A stretch of 56,678 nt of DNA, counting the filler, from Diploschistes diacapsis (taxonomy: Eukaryota), in NCBI GenBank assembly GCA_023645945.1. It is 6 parts of 6 records of this genome, joined end to end, with 100 filler letters (N's around TTAATTAATTAA, not from the genome) between each part and the next. Parts side by side here need not be neighbours in the genome. Positions count along the whole stretch, not along the records: positions 37,880 to 47,233 come from JALAIB010001052.1; positions 47,334 to 56,678 come from JALAIB010001053.1; 4 more parts are not named here. The stretch is one strand, 5' to 3'. Shown in pieces: positions 46,460 through 56,678 of this stretch. Both the position numbers and the translations under genes were made by a program. Within the stretch, counting starts at the first letter, position 1. Each line of letters begins with the position of its first letter. The notes under the pieces were generated by a model. The model was not told where the DNA came from, did no database searches, and worked only from the letters and a program-made list of their open reading frames with translations.

Positions 46460-47233
46460 CCTCTTAATCCTCTTTTGCCGTCCTAACGCCCGCCTCTGCC
46501 GCTAGCCTCCTTACGTACGTCGACAGTTCCGTCTAGTTATCATCGACAGCGAGCTCCTTTTAACCGGCCCCCGCGTTTCTTCTTTTCGTGTCCGGATGCG
46601 CCTTGAGGTAGGCGGCGCCGGCGTTGCGGACACCGTGGCGGGAGAGTTACTTACCGCCGGCGGCCTCGATGGCGGTGCGGAGGTCGGGGTCGTTGACGCC
46701 GCGGAACTGTCGGGCGATGTCGGCGATCGAGAAGCCTAGAGAAACCTGCCGGGCCGCGAGGTTCATAAAGACACTCGGGACCTTAACGCGGTCGGCCTCC
46801 TCGAGGCTATCGACGTGAGCGTCGGCGCACTTGCGGGTGCGCGACAGAACGACGTCGCCGTTGGACATATAGATGGCCTTGATTGTTATCTCACATTCCA
46901 ACGCGTCCCGGGTTGTCTTCCTCCTCTTATTAGGGTTGACGACGCATAGGTCGACAGCCTGCTTCTTCCGCCACCGGCGATATCGGAAAGTTTTCGTCGT
47001 CTTATAGCGGTCCCGGAGGGACCAGACGTTGTCGACGAAGGGCCATAGGGTAGCTTACTGCGCGGCGGAGAGCGTGAGCTCCTCGCTTACGGCGAAGAGA
47101 CGCTCCCGTTACGCGACGAGATTTTCGGGGAAGGCGTGGAGGCCGGAGGACGGTGTCGAGGAGCGAGAAGGGACGGCGGAGGGGGAGGGCGAGGGCGTAG
47201 GGGTTGGCGGCTCGTCGAGGGCGGCGTTGGCGT
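46460..47233 (-). mobile_element. Mutator-like transposase N-terminal relic with RIP-type stops; cut by contig end
   Basis: GLHAFPENLVA*RERLFAVSEELTLSAAQ*ATLWPFVDNVW...KRRKTTRDALECEITI...HVDSLEEADRVK...EAAGGK*LSRHGVRNAG; homologous to 8900-9376. Confidence 0.6.
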
Positions 47234-47333
47234 NNNNNNNNNNNNNNNNNNNNNNNNNNNNNNNNNNNNNNNNNNNNTTAATTAATTAANNNNNNNNNNN
47301 NNNNNNNNNNNNNNNNNNNNNNNNNNNNNNNNN
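47234..47333. other. Artificial contig spacer
   Basis: N44-TTAATTAATTAA-N44. Confidence 0.99.
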
Positions 47334-48185
47334 CCCCACCGCCGCCCACAAGCGCAAAGCCTTCACCCTCCTCCCCCGCACGGGCGCGCTGGGCATCAAA
47401 AAGGGCATGTCCGCCATCTTCGACCCGAGCACGGGCAAGCGCACGCCGGTCACGATCCTGCAGCTGGACCGCAATCAGGTCGTGGCGCACAAGACGGCGC
47501 GGCTGAACGGGTACTACGCCGTGCAGGTCGGGCACGGGCTGCGCCTGTCGCGCAACGTGACGCGGCAGATGCGCGGGCACTACGCGGCGGCGCAGGTCAG
47601 TCCGAAGAAGGACCTGGTGGAGTTTCGGGTGCGCGACGAGGCGGCACTGGCGCTCACGCCGGTGGGGAAGACTCTGGGCGCGGGCTGGTTCAGGGAGGGC
47701 CAGTTTGTGGATGTGAGGGCGAAGAGCCATGGGAAGGGGTTTGCGGGCGGCATGAAGAGGCACGGGTTCAGCGGCCAGCCGGCGAGTCATGGGACGAGCT
47801 TGACGCACAGGGCGATGGGGTCCGCGGGCCAGAGCCAGGGCGGTGGGAGCAGGGTGTTGCCCGGGAAGCGCATGCCTGGGAGGATGGGCGGGCAGCAGGC
47901 GACGGTGCAGAATCTGAGGGTGGTGAGGGTTAGCGAGGAGGAGGGGTTGGTTGTTGTTCATGGTGAGTCTCTTTGTGCTGCTGTGGGGTGCGGGTTAAAG
48001 AATTGGCGGAACGATGCTAGGGTTGTGGGTGTTGAGAGTTGGCTAACAGCTTTCTGTCTACAGGTTGCGTATCCGGACCGAAGGGGTGTCTTGTCAAGTT
48101 GTCGGATGCCATCAAGAAGCCGTGGCCGGATCTTTCGTTTTTAGCAGCGACAGAGGTGCCAAAAACGGAGGCCATTACCGCTTGA
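47334..48185 (+). CDS. MRPL9: Mitochondrial ribosomal protein uL3m, 5'-truncated; intron 47963-48063
   Basis: RTGALGIKKGM, GYYAVQVG, GQFVDVRAKSHGKGFAGGMKRHGF, HRAMGSAG, RVLPGKRMPGRMGG, then GCVSGPKGCLVKLSDAIKKPWP. Confidence 0.95.
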
Positions 48186-49768
48186 TCTGTGTTTACGAAG
48201 GATTGGATTCTTTGCCAAGGAGGACTGAGGATATTTGGTCTGCAGTGTATCTAGCATGGCAAGGCATGAGTACGGCGCATGGGAAACGTGTATGGTCTAC
48301 CGCCGTGCATGCAAGCTCGGAGCGTTTGTCTGTATAGCACAACTGTCTTTACGCTGAGGCATGAGACCTTCAACTAAAGCTATGATTGATACAGTCCCGC
48401 TGATTTCTTACGTCAGTTCTCTGACAAGTAGTTTGAAGAAGTAGCCTAAATCGACCAACTCGTAGCTTGACCAGCCCTCAACTCACAAATGTGGGTGCAC
48501 GATCAGCCATGCTGCCCCAGCTACAGTACCGAATTTCCATTAAAAAGAGCTGTGATAGAGTACCATACCTCTCACTCTAGGTGGGGGGGGTAAATGATTG
48601 CCACAAATCGGTATGTTAATGTAGCCTGAAATCTGGAGAATGAAGTCTCATAATAAACCACCAGTGATTCGGTAAGCCCGGATATTAGTGGAATGTGGGT
48701 GGTGCAATATTGTCCTGGTTATTCAATAACTTGATGCAGCACAGCAGCTTTCATGCATGTTCACAACCACCCCCTCATTCCTGGTGTGCCAGGGGCGGAA
48801 AGGATCGTCAGATGCACTGTAAATTGTGTTGCTAGAAAAAAGTTGATGAGGATGCGCTGCGAAAAGCGAGAGAGATCTCGATGCAGGAAAAAAGGAGGTG
48901 GTGGTGGACGGAGGTCTGCTTCCAAGTTTGTACTCGGTTGGCTGCCCGTTAATGCGTTGCGTGCAAGTTGGCGGAAGTTGGCGGAAGGTCAATGCAAGTA
49001 TGATGGGGAGAGTTCTGATGCATAGGAGAGGAGATGTGGTGCTATTACTATTATTATTAGTAGCTGAAGACTCGTATTTTCTCATTGGTTGGAGATGAAT
49101 CCGGCATCAAACGCTAATACCGTCTTGAATTGATTAGGCGCTATCCAACTATTAGCGCTTTGATTCCGACAAAGCTGGATCCACAATTTCATTGGCCTTC
49201 TTCTAGATCCAAGGTGCAGAGTGATGATCCAAAGTGCTTGAGCACTAACTATTGGACAAAGTTAGAGACTATCCTACTGCCCTTGCCGCTATACCACCGT
49301 CAGCTAGGGCCCCCAGTACTAAAAACTGGTTTCCCTCAACAACTCACCTCCTCGTTTCGTGCACCTCATCCACCACACCTCGCTTCACTCCTTTTTTTTT
49401 CTCACCCTTCGATCTGTTGCGACAATTTCAATCTAGGCCGTTTCAATCTATCGACCGCTTCGCACTTCGCAGTTCGAATTAAGGCCTTCGTTCGTCCAGC
49501 ACTCGGTCCTTCGAGGTCTGTGTGATGGAAGGGCTTTCGATTGTTTGAATGAGCAAGAAAATGCCTGCCGGTCAATTCTGGAACAAGACCCATTTGTCTG
49601 ACTCGTCGAAGCATTACACTCAGCCCATCCAAAAGAAGCATTCGCTTGCTATCTGTCTTATCCGTCACTAACAACCTCCGACGCGCAATCTCGAGCAGAG
49701 CAACAATAAAACTTAGGCCAATATAGTTTTAACAATCTCTAACAGACGACGTGCAATATCTGATCCAA

Positions 49769-50936
49769 ATGGCCGGTAACAACAACGGGACAGGTACTAC
49801 ACAAGATCAAGCAAGAGGACGATTGAAACTGATATTTCTGAACAGTATCTCTGTCCTCTCCTACGTTGCCAGGAACTCCTTCGATCCCCGTGTCATCCTT
49901 GCCCGCTGCTTCCAGCAGCAATCTCGTTCCTTCTTCATCTTCACCGCCTCCAGCATCAACATCTAATGCTCCATCCCCGAGCACGAACGTGCTCACAACG
50001 CCACAGCCCACAACGGCTGTGGTGACCTCGGTCATAACCCGGTCCGGCACCAATAACCCAACTGCAACTACTGTTATCGTATCGATCACGACTGCTGGCG
50101 CGACTATTATGCCGAGCATTCCACCATCCAGTGCCAGCACCTTGTCAGCAACTGTATCGACCAGTGAATCGGCCATCAGTCCTAGCAGCACTGGCACCTC
50201 GCCCGCCTCTCAAACGAGCCCAGGGGTGGTTGCCGCTGCGGTAGTGGTCCCTGTTGTTGCTGTTGCTCTGCTCATCCTGGCAAGTCTCTTTTTCTGGAAG
50301 AAGAGAAAGCAGAGACAAGGGGAGGAAGCGCGCAAGAAGGAAATGGAGGAATACTCGTTCAACCCCAACAATGACCCAACTATTCCCCCAGTCGGCAGCA
50401 CCAGTAGCGATGGAGCAGAGCCGGTCGGCTACAGAGGGTGGGGAACTACGACATCAAACACGAGGAAAGCATCAACAACTCTTTCGAACGGCATGGCAAG
50501 GTCTGACGATGGGGGCAACCCCCATCTTGGCCAATATTCTCCAACCGGTCCCAGCTCTGAAAATCAATCTGGTGATCCACTAGTGGACCAAAATGGAGCG
50601 CACGCGGAGCCTGTTGGGGCTCTTGGCGCTGCACCTGTCGCAGCGAACAAGGGCAATGGCGTCAATCGAGGTCCTTCGAACGCTTCTTCAGCATACTCTG
50701 GTGGAGCCAACCGCTCGGATACTTCTGGCGAAGGCCCGTCGCCTATGAACGTGGGATCACCGCAGTACTACAACGATCTCATGTACCAGGACAACGGCGC
50801 GCCACATGACCATGTCGATGGCTCCTGGGCCGGGCAGCCCGTCATCAAGGACGTATCTGCGAGGAGAAACACGAGGATAGAGAACCCTTCTGTGTTCCCT
50901 CAACAAGGAAACTCCGGTATATCTCAAAATTTCTAA
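49769..50936 (+). CDS. Ser/Thr-rich single-pass membrane protein (Mid2/Wsc-like architecture), 2 exons (49769-49793, 49846-50936)
   Basis: Ser/Thr/Pro-rich ectodomain, TM helix GVVAAAVVVPVVAVALLILASLFFW, stop-transfer KKRKQR, and a cytosolic tail with YSFNPNNDP, GYRGWG and ARRNTRIENP...ISQNF. Confidence 0.78.
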
Positions 50937-52009
50937 AGTCTATCGCTCTACTACTTTATCCATACCATGTGCACAACGACGAGTCATTCCTTGGCCCTGA
51001 AACGATCATGGGTATTCTCTTTTGTACTAACCTTGGCTGGCGTGCTCTCAGGAGTAGCACTCTGCTAGCGGCTGTTTTTATTGTCTGGTTGGGAACATTG
51101 GGGACATGCTCAACCACAAGGCTTTGTGGGGCGATTGAGCTAAGTTGACAGGCTGGGGGGGGGGGGCCATTATATTACCATTAATCGTTTGCATCGAGTC
51201 TCGCGGCGGGGAAGAGTCCGAGATGCTTGTATATACTACAAAAGGTTACCGCTAGAGAAGAATCAAGCTCATCATACATTCTCCTTGATACTGTTAGGCT
51301 CCGGCGATATTAACAATAATTTGCACAGCAAATACATCCTCCACCACATCATGGCCCGCCCAAGAGCTTCAAGGGTCCCGGGAGAGCATCGAGTATCTCG
51401 GATTCGTTTTGTAGCTAATCCGAAGCATCCTTTTGAGTTCTTGTGTGGGCAGATGATTGTGGAAGGGGCTCTTAAGGCTGTTATGTGCTTCTACTACAAG
51501 TAGTTAGCTTTAGGCGCGCTTTGACCTGTATCTTCATATATAGTTTATCTTTAGTCATGCGGTGTTGACCCAGATAGCGCGTCAAATGAGGCGCAACTAT
51601 GATTTAGCTCCCGTTCCTTAGTCGGGAACGTGCTCGGATTCGCCTTGCTGATTGGCTTTGATGTTTGAGGCTCGCGATACTGCTGTTTTATACTATGGGA
51701 GCTGCTGAACCCTCAGTTTCTTTGTTCCCTTCTACACAATGAAAATGAAAACAACCCCCACCACCGTGGCCTCGGGCGTTTAACTATAGCACGTCATAGC
51801 TCCAGAGGTGGGGGAGCACTGAAATGTCATCCATTGCATTCTCTGTGACCAGATCTGCTGCAAGAGTGAGCAAGGCCACAAGGCGTTGGATCCTCCCCAG
51901 TGCTTGAAAGCTTTGTATTTTCTCTTCTTTTTTGCATGCAACTATCCGAATTCGACCTTGAAGCCTTTTCTCTCTCTTCTGATTCATCGGCCTTTGCCTG
52001 ATCTATACG

Positions 52010-55000
52010 ATGTACGTTCAAGCTTCTGTTATAGAAATTTCCGGTGTTCGCTGTGCGTGCCGTGAGATCTTCGACTTAAGTGAATTCAAAGACTGACCGT
52101 ATCACAGGAAGTTCGGGAAACAGCTCCAGAAGCGCAAGCAGGATATCCCGGAATATGCGGCGAGCTTTGTGAACTACAAGGCACTGAAGAAAGTAGGCAG
52201 AACGACAGCCCAAGCCCAGCTAAGACACTAAAGCATCCAGCTCATAAAGCAACTCAGTGCTACCCCGACTATAGCAGCCCAAAATGCGCCCCAGCAACCT
52301 GACGCCTCGACTTCTCTCCAAGCCAACAAGAAGAGATTCTTCTTTCAAGTGGTAGGCACGTCAGACCCATCGGCCAGGTCTGGGCTCACTACTCAAAAGG
52401 ACCGGGAGCTTGAAAAAGTCAATGTCTTCTACTTGCAGAAAGAAGCGGAGGTTTGAGAGCTCTTTTCTGGAATGACAGCTTGGCTGACAATGCTGCAGCT
52501 CAAGCTTCGGCTTAAGACGCTCCTCGACAAGAAGAGGATGATGCAGTCGAGAAGCGCTCCTGCGTTCAGGAGATCGGCGAGATTCATCACGCTGCAAGAA
52601 GGATTCCAGCAGTTCAGTAGCGACCTCAATAAGCTCGAGGTATACGCGGGCGCAACTGAGTCACAAAGACTTGCTGACATAGTTGTAGCTATTCGCGGAT
52701 GTAAATGCGACGGCCTTTTCCAAGATTCTGAAAAAAGTCTGTGATCCTCGCTCGATACGTGATCGCTTCTACTGACCGCAACGACAGTGGGACAAGACGT
52801 CGAAGGTCAGGCTTTTGCAGCCTATCATTTGGAACAGCTCCGGCTGACACCGGCATTAGTCGAAGAACAAAGAGCTCTACCTGTCTCGGGCTGTCGAGGT
52901 TCAGCCATGCTTCAATCGCGACGTCATAAGCGACCTCTCCGACCAGGCTACAACTTCTCTGCTGGAACTTGGGGCGTGGAACGAAGGGGAGAAGGTTCAG
53001 TTCGAATCGGCCAAACCGAACGAGTATATCATTGCAGGCCAGGTGCTCGGGACCGAAGAGAGCGATGCCGACTCGCAGCTGCTCCAGGCGGCGAACGCCG
53101 GAAACACCACAGTATTGGGCGAGCTAATTACAAGGTTGAAAAGTTCTGTCGATGCTCGAGGGCGTTTCACAAGGGCTTTCCTGGCCGCCATATCAGAAGC
53201 GCCTTCAAGCTCACTGGATCTGCTTCTCCATACGGGACTAGTTGATATTCAGGCGGAAGACGAAATCAACGAACGGAATTGTCTCCATGAAGCTGCGATT
53301 TCGGGTAGAGAAGACATCTTGCAGAAGGGTATAGCTCAGGGAGTAGACGTCGCTCGGTCGGATGTCTACGGCAGGCTGCCGCTCCATTATGCCTGCATGC
53401 ACGGTCGAGTTCCTATGGTCCGCGTGCTTTTTCAGAGCAAGCCGGAGACCGTTGAAGGCATCGACCACGATCATTTTACGCCCTTGATACATGGCATTGT
53501 ACACCATCAGTTGAAGTGTATCAAAGAGCTTCTCGATCTTGGGGCGAGAATCGAGCCCGAGAGCAATTCGGATCACATTCCTCTGAACCTTGCTTGCCAA
53601 CACGGCTCTATCGAAGCCATACAACTGTTACTGGAAAGGAAAGCTCGGGTTCAAGACGATGCCGAAGGGCTGTATCCGCAGCATCTCGTGGCACGAAAAG
53701 GGTGTTCGCCTCAGATGCTATTGTTACTTCAGAGGTTTGGGGCAAGTCTGGATCAGCAGGACAAGCTGTATCAGTGGACGCCCTTATTTCATGCTGTAAG
53801 CGAAGGCCATGTTGAATGCGTCAAAGTCTTGATTGAGCAGGGGGTTGACATCAACATACCGGATGAGAAAAAGCTGACGCCAATCTACTATGCCGCTTGG
53901 GAAGGTCATCTCCAATGCATGGAGCTCCTAATACGTGCGGGGTCAAATTACGACCAGCTCCACCGCAAAGCACGAACGGTGCGGCATAAAACGGCACAAG
54001 GATTTGGTGTTCAGCGGATGAAAACGGATGCGGATGGAATACCGGATTTATCCTTACCACCACCGATTATCCCGCTCCGTCGTTACGGCCACAACTTCCT
54101 TGACGACAAAGCGCTTGTCCAGCTGTCGTTCGAGGCGCCTGGCTCCGATGCAATCGTTTTCTACGACGATAGCAAATACCCTGCAGCACGTCTGACAATA
54201 TCATCCAAGTCGTCTGACCTCATCCCACGAAACCTGATGTTGCCCATCCAAGAAGAATTCAAGCATGTATCCTTCCAGGCCGACATGCTGGATCTGTTCG
54301 GCGTTGATTTCGACATCTTTCCAACATTTGGCTCGAAGATCATAGCGCGAACTATCGCCTTGCCTGGTACGTTTGCAGCCTCCACTAGCAGCTCCGGTCG
54401 ATGTTGTCTTCCTCTATTCGATCCACGACTACGTGCAATCGGCCACATCAATTTCAGCTTTCAGGTGATCAAGCCTTTCAAAGATATTCCGCTCGAGATT
54501 GCACAATTTGAAACTTACTGGAAAGCAACGAGTCAGCTCAACACCTACCAGAACACTCTGATCACTGGTTCAAGCTTGTCTGGAGAATATGTTAGGCTAC
54601 CTGTCCAGCTTACGGCAGACTGCATTCCTGTGGTGTATCCTAAATGGAGCATCGACTACCACGGGATCGATGTACCTATCGGGCGTATGACGCTTTCGAA
54701 GCTTCTGTCATTGAGCGCCGAATCTCACAAACAGGTGCTAGCTTCGATATCACGAGCATCAATCTCGGCAGCAGAGGTTCATCAACTACTCTTGAGATGC
54801 CCAACAGTTCTCAAGTTGCTATTGGAGAACCTCCCGAGCCATGTCCATGCCGATATTCATGTCCTCTACCCTTCTCTGGCAGAAGAGCAAAGTCTTGGCC
54901 TGGGGCCTGAACTTAGTGTCAATAACTTTGCTGATGCTATCTTGAAGGAAATCTTCGATCATGCACGAAATCTCCGAGAGCAAAGGTTTGACATCAGATC

Positions 55001-55539
55001 AATAGTTTTCAGCTCCTACAAGCCCGATGTCTGCACGGCTCTGAACTGGAAACAGCCGAATTGTAAGCATTTTATCCATTAAATCAAACACATTGTATTG
55101 ATCGTACTATAGATCCCGTTTTACTATGCAATGATATCGGAACTCAGCGTGCAGCACCGGGCGCTAACCAGCCAACTGCCCCAGCGGCAAGCGATGGGCG
55201 ATACTCGATGTCCGTGAAAGAAGCTGTCAGGATCGCTCAATCCAACAACTTCATGGGTCTCATCTGTACCAAACACATTCTAGTAAGCATCGACCTGCTT
55301 TGTTTAACTTGTCTTTGAATTTTTGCTTATTTCATTATTAGAACATGGCATCGGCCTTGGTAGAAGCCATCAAGGTGGCTGGCCTGGTTCTGGTTGCCGA
55401 TACTTCTGCATCGTCCGACAGTAGCCAGTCTAACCCCGATTTGATTCTTGGTCGAGCTTCTCATAATCCTATGGACGGGGTCAACGGCGTCTTGAATGGT
55501 AATGGCGTGTTGCGGTTCTACGATACCATCGACGTATAG
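52010..55539 (+). CDS. PHO81: SPX-ankyrin-GDPD-like cyclin-dependent kinase inhibitor Pho81/NUC-2 (multi-exon; start codon split AT/G)
   Basis: MKFGKQLQKR...FVNYKALKKLIK (SPX), NATAFSKILKKWDKTSK, ankyrin repeats (GRLPLHYACMHG, WTPLFHAVSEGH), LPPPIIPLRRYGHNFLD and a degenerate GDPD C-terminus ending LRFYDTIDV*. Confidence 0.93.
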
Positions 55540-56268
55540 GCTTTGGTGATTGGAGAAGGGGGTTGGGAGCTTTAGCGCGGCGTTTGAGGCACTCTGCTAA
55601 CCCATTGAATATCCGGTCAAAGCAATGTAGGGGAGGCTATTATGCTGTTTGCTCTCTACATAGTTTAGGGATTTTTAGCCTGCCACGGAACCTGTTCGGG
55701 ATCATGAAGGGAACAAGGGGTGTGCGGTAAAGGAGAAAGGCAACAGGAAAAGCCAACGTTGTTGCGTGAATGTGGTCGTTAAATTAGCAAATTAGATAAG
55801 AAATAATCGCTACAAGAGTTATCTTGGAGGCGACTGGTGAAAAAAAAAATTTAGGTTATCAATATTCTTCTTGCCCTTACAAGAGTATGCTCATGCTCTT
55901 TCCTTCCGTATGTACCCCTATTCTTGTAAGGCAAAAGAGGAAAGAGGCTGTTGTCTAAACATGTCCAATGGCGGAAAGACGTCACAGAGGGCCCAAACAT
56001 CACTGCCAACCATCTTCCGTTCCGCATTTTCTTTGCCCTGGGCCAGCTCGTAAATCTTTGCAAAAGTGTCGCGATATTCATCTGATACTACTATCGACCT
56101 AAAACCCACCGAATTTAATCCTTCTCTGTTCATTCCACCACCATTTGTTGGAAGCCCACGTCTCCAGCCCATTCCCTTATACCCCAGCCAGCAAAACTCT
56201 CCAAGTTCCCCTTCAACTCATCTCTCTCGAACGTCAAATCCTTCAAACAACAATAATACCTCCACACA

Positions 56269-56678
56269 ATGCCCGCCCCATCCTCGTCCACCCCTCTCAT
56301 CACCAACCACCACCAGCACCCCCCCAACACCACCAGCACCTCCTCCTCAACAACCTCCTACCAACCAACCCAAACCCAAACCACTCAACCGCCATCTTCC
56401 CCACAGCTCCCCACCCTCCGCCTCCGCGGTGCCCCGCGGCCAACAAGACCCCGTATCCGCTGGGCAGAAGACGTGGTCGACAACGAGGGCCTCGGCCGCA
56501 AAAGCTCGAAAGTATGCTGCATCTACCATGCACCTGCGCCGGTCGGGGAGGAGAGTGGGGAGAGTTCGAGTTCGAGTTCGTCGGACGAGAGTGGAGACGA
56601 GAGGAGGAGGGAGGGGGCGGGGAGGACGCCGAGGAGGAGGACACAGTTTAGGAGGATAGGTGATGGCCAGGATGGGGA
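56269..56678 (+). CDS. YPI1: Protein phosphatase 1 regulator Ypi1/inhibitor-3, 3'-truncated (absent from the ORF track because the frame has no stop)
   Basis: Frame from ATG 56269 reads LRLRG...[26 protein letters not shown]...[11 protein letters not shown], containing the RVxW-type PP1 docking site and the KxCCIY motif. Confidence 0.92.
   Translation, partial: MPAPSSSTPLITNHHQHPPNTTSTSSSTTSYQPTQTQTTQPPSSPQLPTLRLRGAPRPTRPRIRWAEDVVDNEGLGRKSSKVCCIYHAPAPVGEESGESSSSSSSDESGDERRREGAGRTPRRRTQFRRIGDGQDG

Noticed and set aside
51500..52010. Pho4/NUC-1 binding sites upstream of PHO81
   Set aside because: No exact CACGTG seen in this interval, only near matches such as CACGTC.
40157..55539. Apparent clustering of nutrient regulators (nirA, PHO81) and of Stc1/IME2 with a transposon nest
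   Set aside because: They lie on different contigs separated by artificial spacers. No nitrate reductase or transporter genes are present near nirA.
1..56678. tRNA, rRNA, snoRNA or riboswitch genes
   Set aside because: None recognised by eye; covariance-model searches (tRNAscan-SE, Infernal/Rfam) would be needed to exclude them.

Overview
Filamentous ascomycete (Pezizomycotina-type) nuclear DNA. It is not one locus: six unlinked contigs (9376, 9375, 9369, 9359, 9354 and 9345 bp, in decreasing size) are joined by artificial 100-bp spacers (N44-TTAATTAATTAA-N44), so neighbourhoods across spacers mean nothing. Recognisable intron-containing genes are SOD1, vacuolar subtilisin (PRB1-like), a fatty-acid elongase, YJU2, a cyclase-family hydrolase, COX24/mS38, VMA3, SNU13, an Stc1-domain gene, IME2, nirA, MRPL9 (5'-truncated), a Ser/Thr-rich single-pass membrane protein and PHO81/nuc-2. 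An HD hydrolase, an APH-like kinase and YPI1 (3'-truncated) appear intronless. Accessory content includes a decayed fungal NLR (hydrolase-like/NB-ARC/TPR), two homologous Mutator-like transposase N-terminal relics on different contigs, a RIP-mutated Fot1/pogo nest with solo LTRs, and probable crotonase, F-box and Ulp1-like relics. I found no convincing novel multi-gene system. The best leads are an orphan Cys/His-rich 93-aa ORF divergent from the APH-like kinase, a branch-point-masking hairpin in a SNU13 intron, a uORF that can be spliced in frame onto IME2, and the Ser-less hydrolase domain of the NLR relic. All family assignments come from motif recognition by eye, with no database search.
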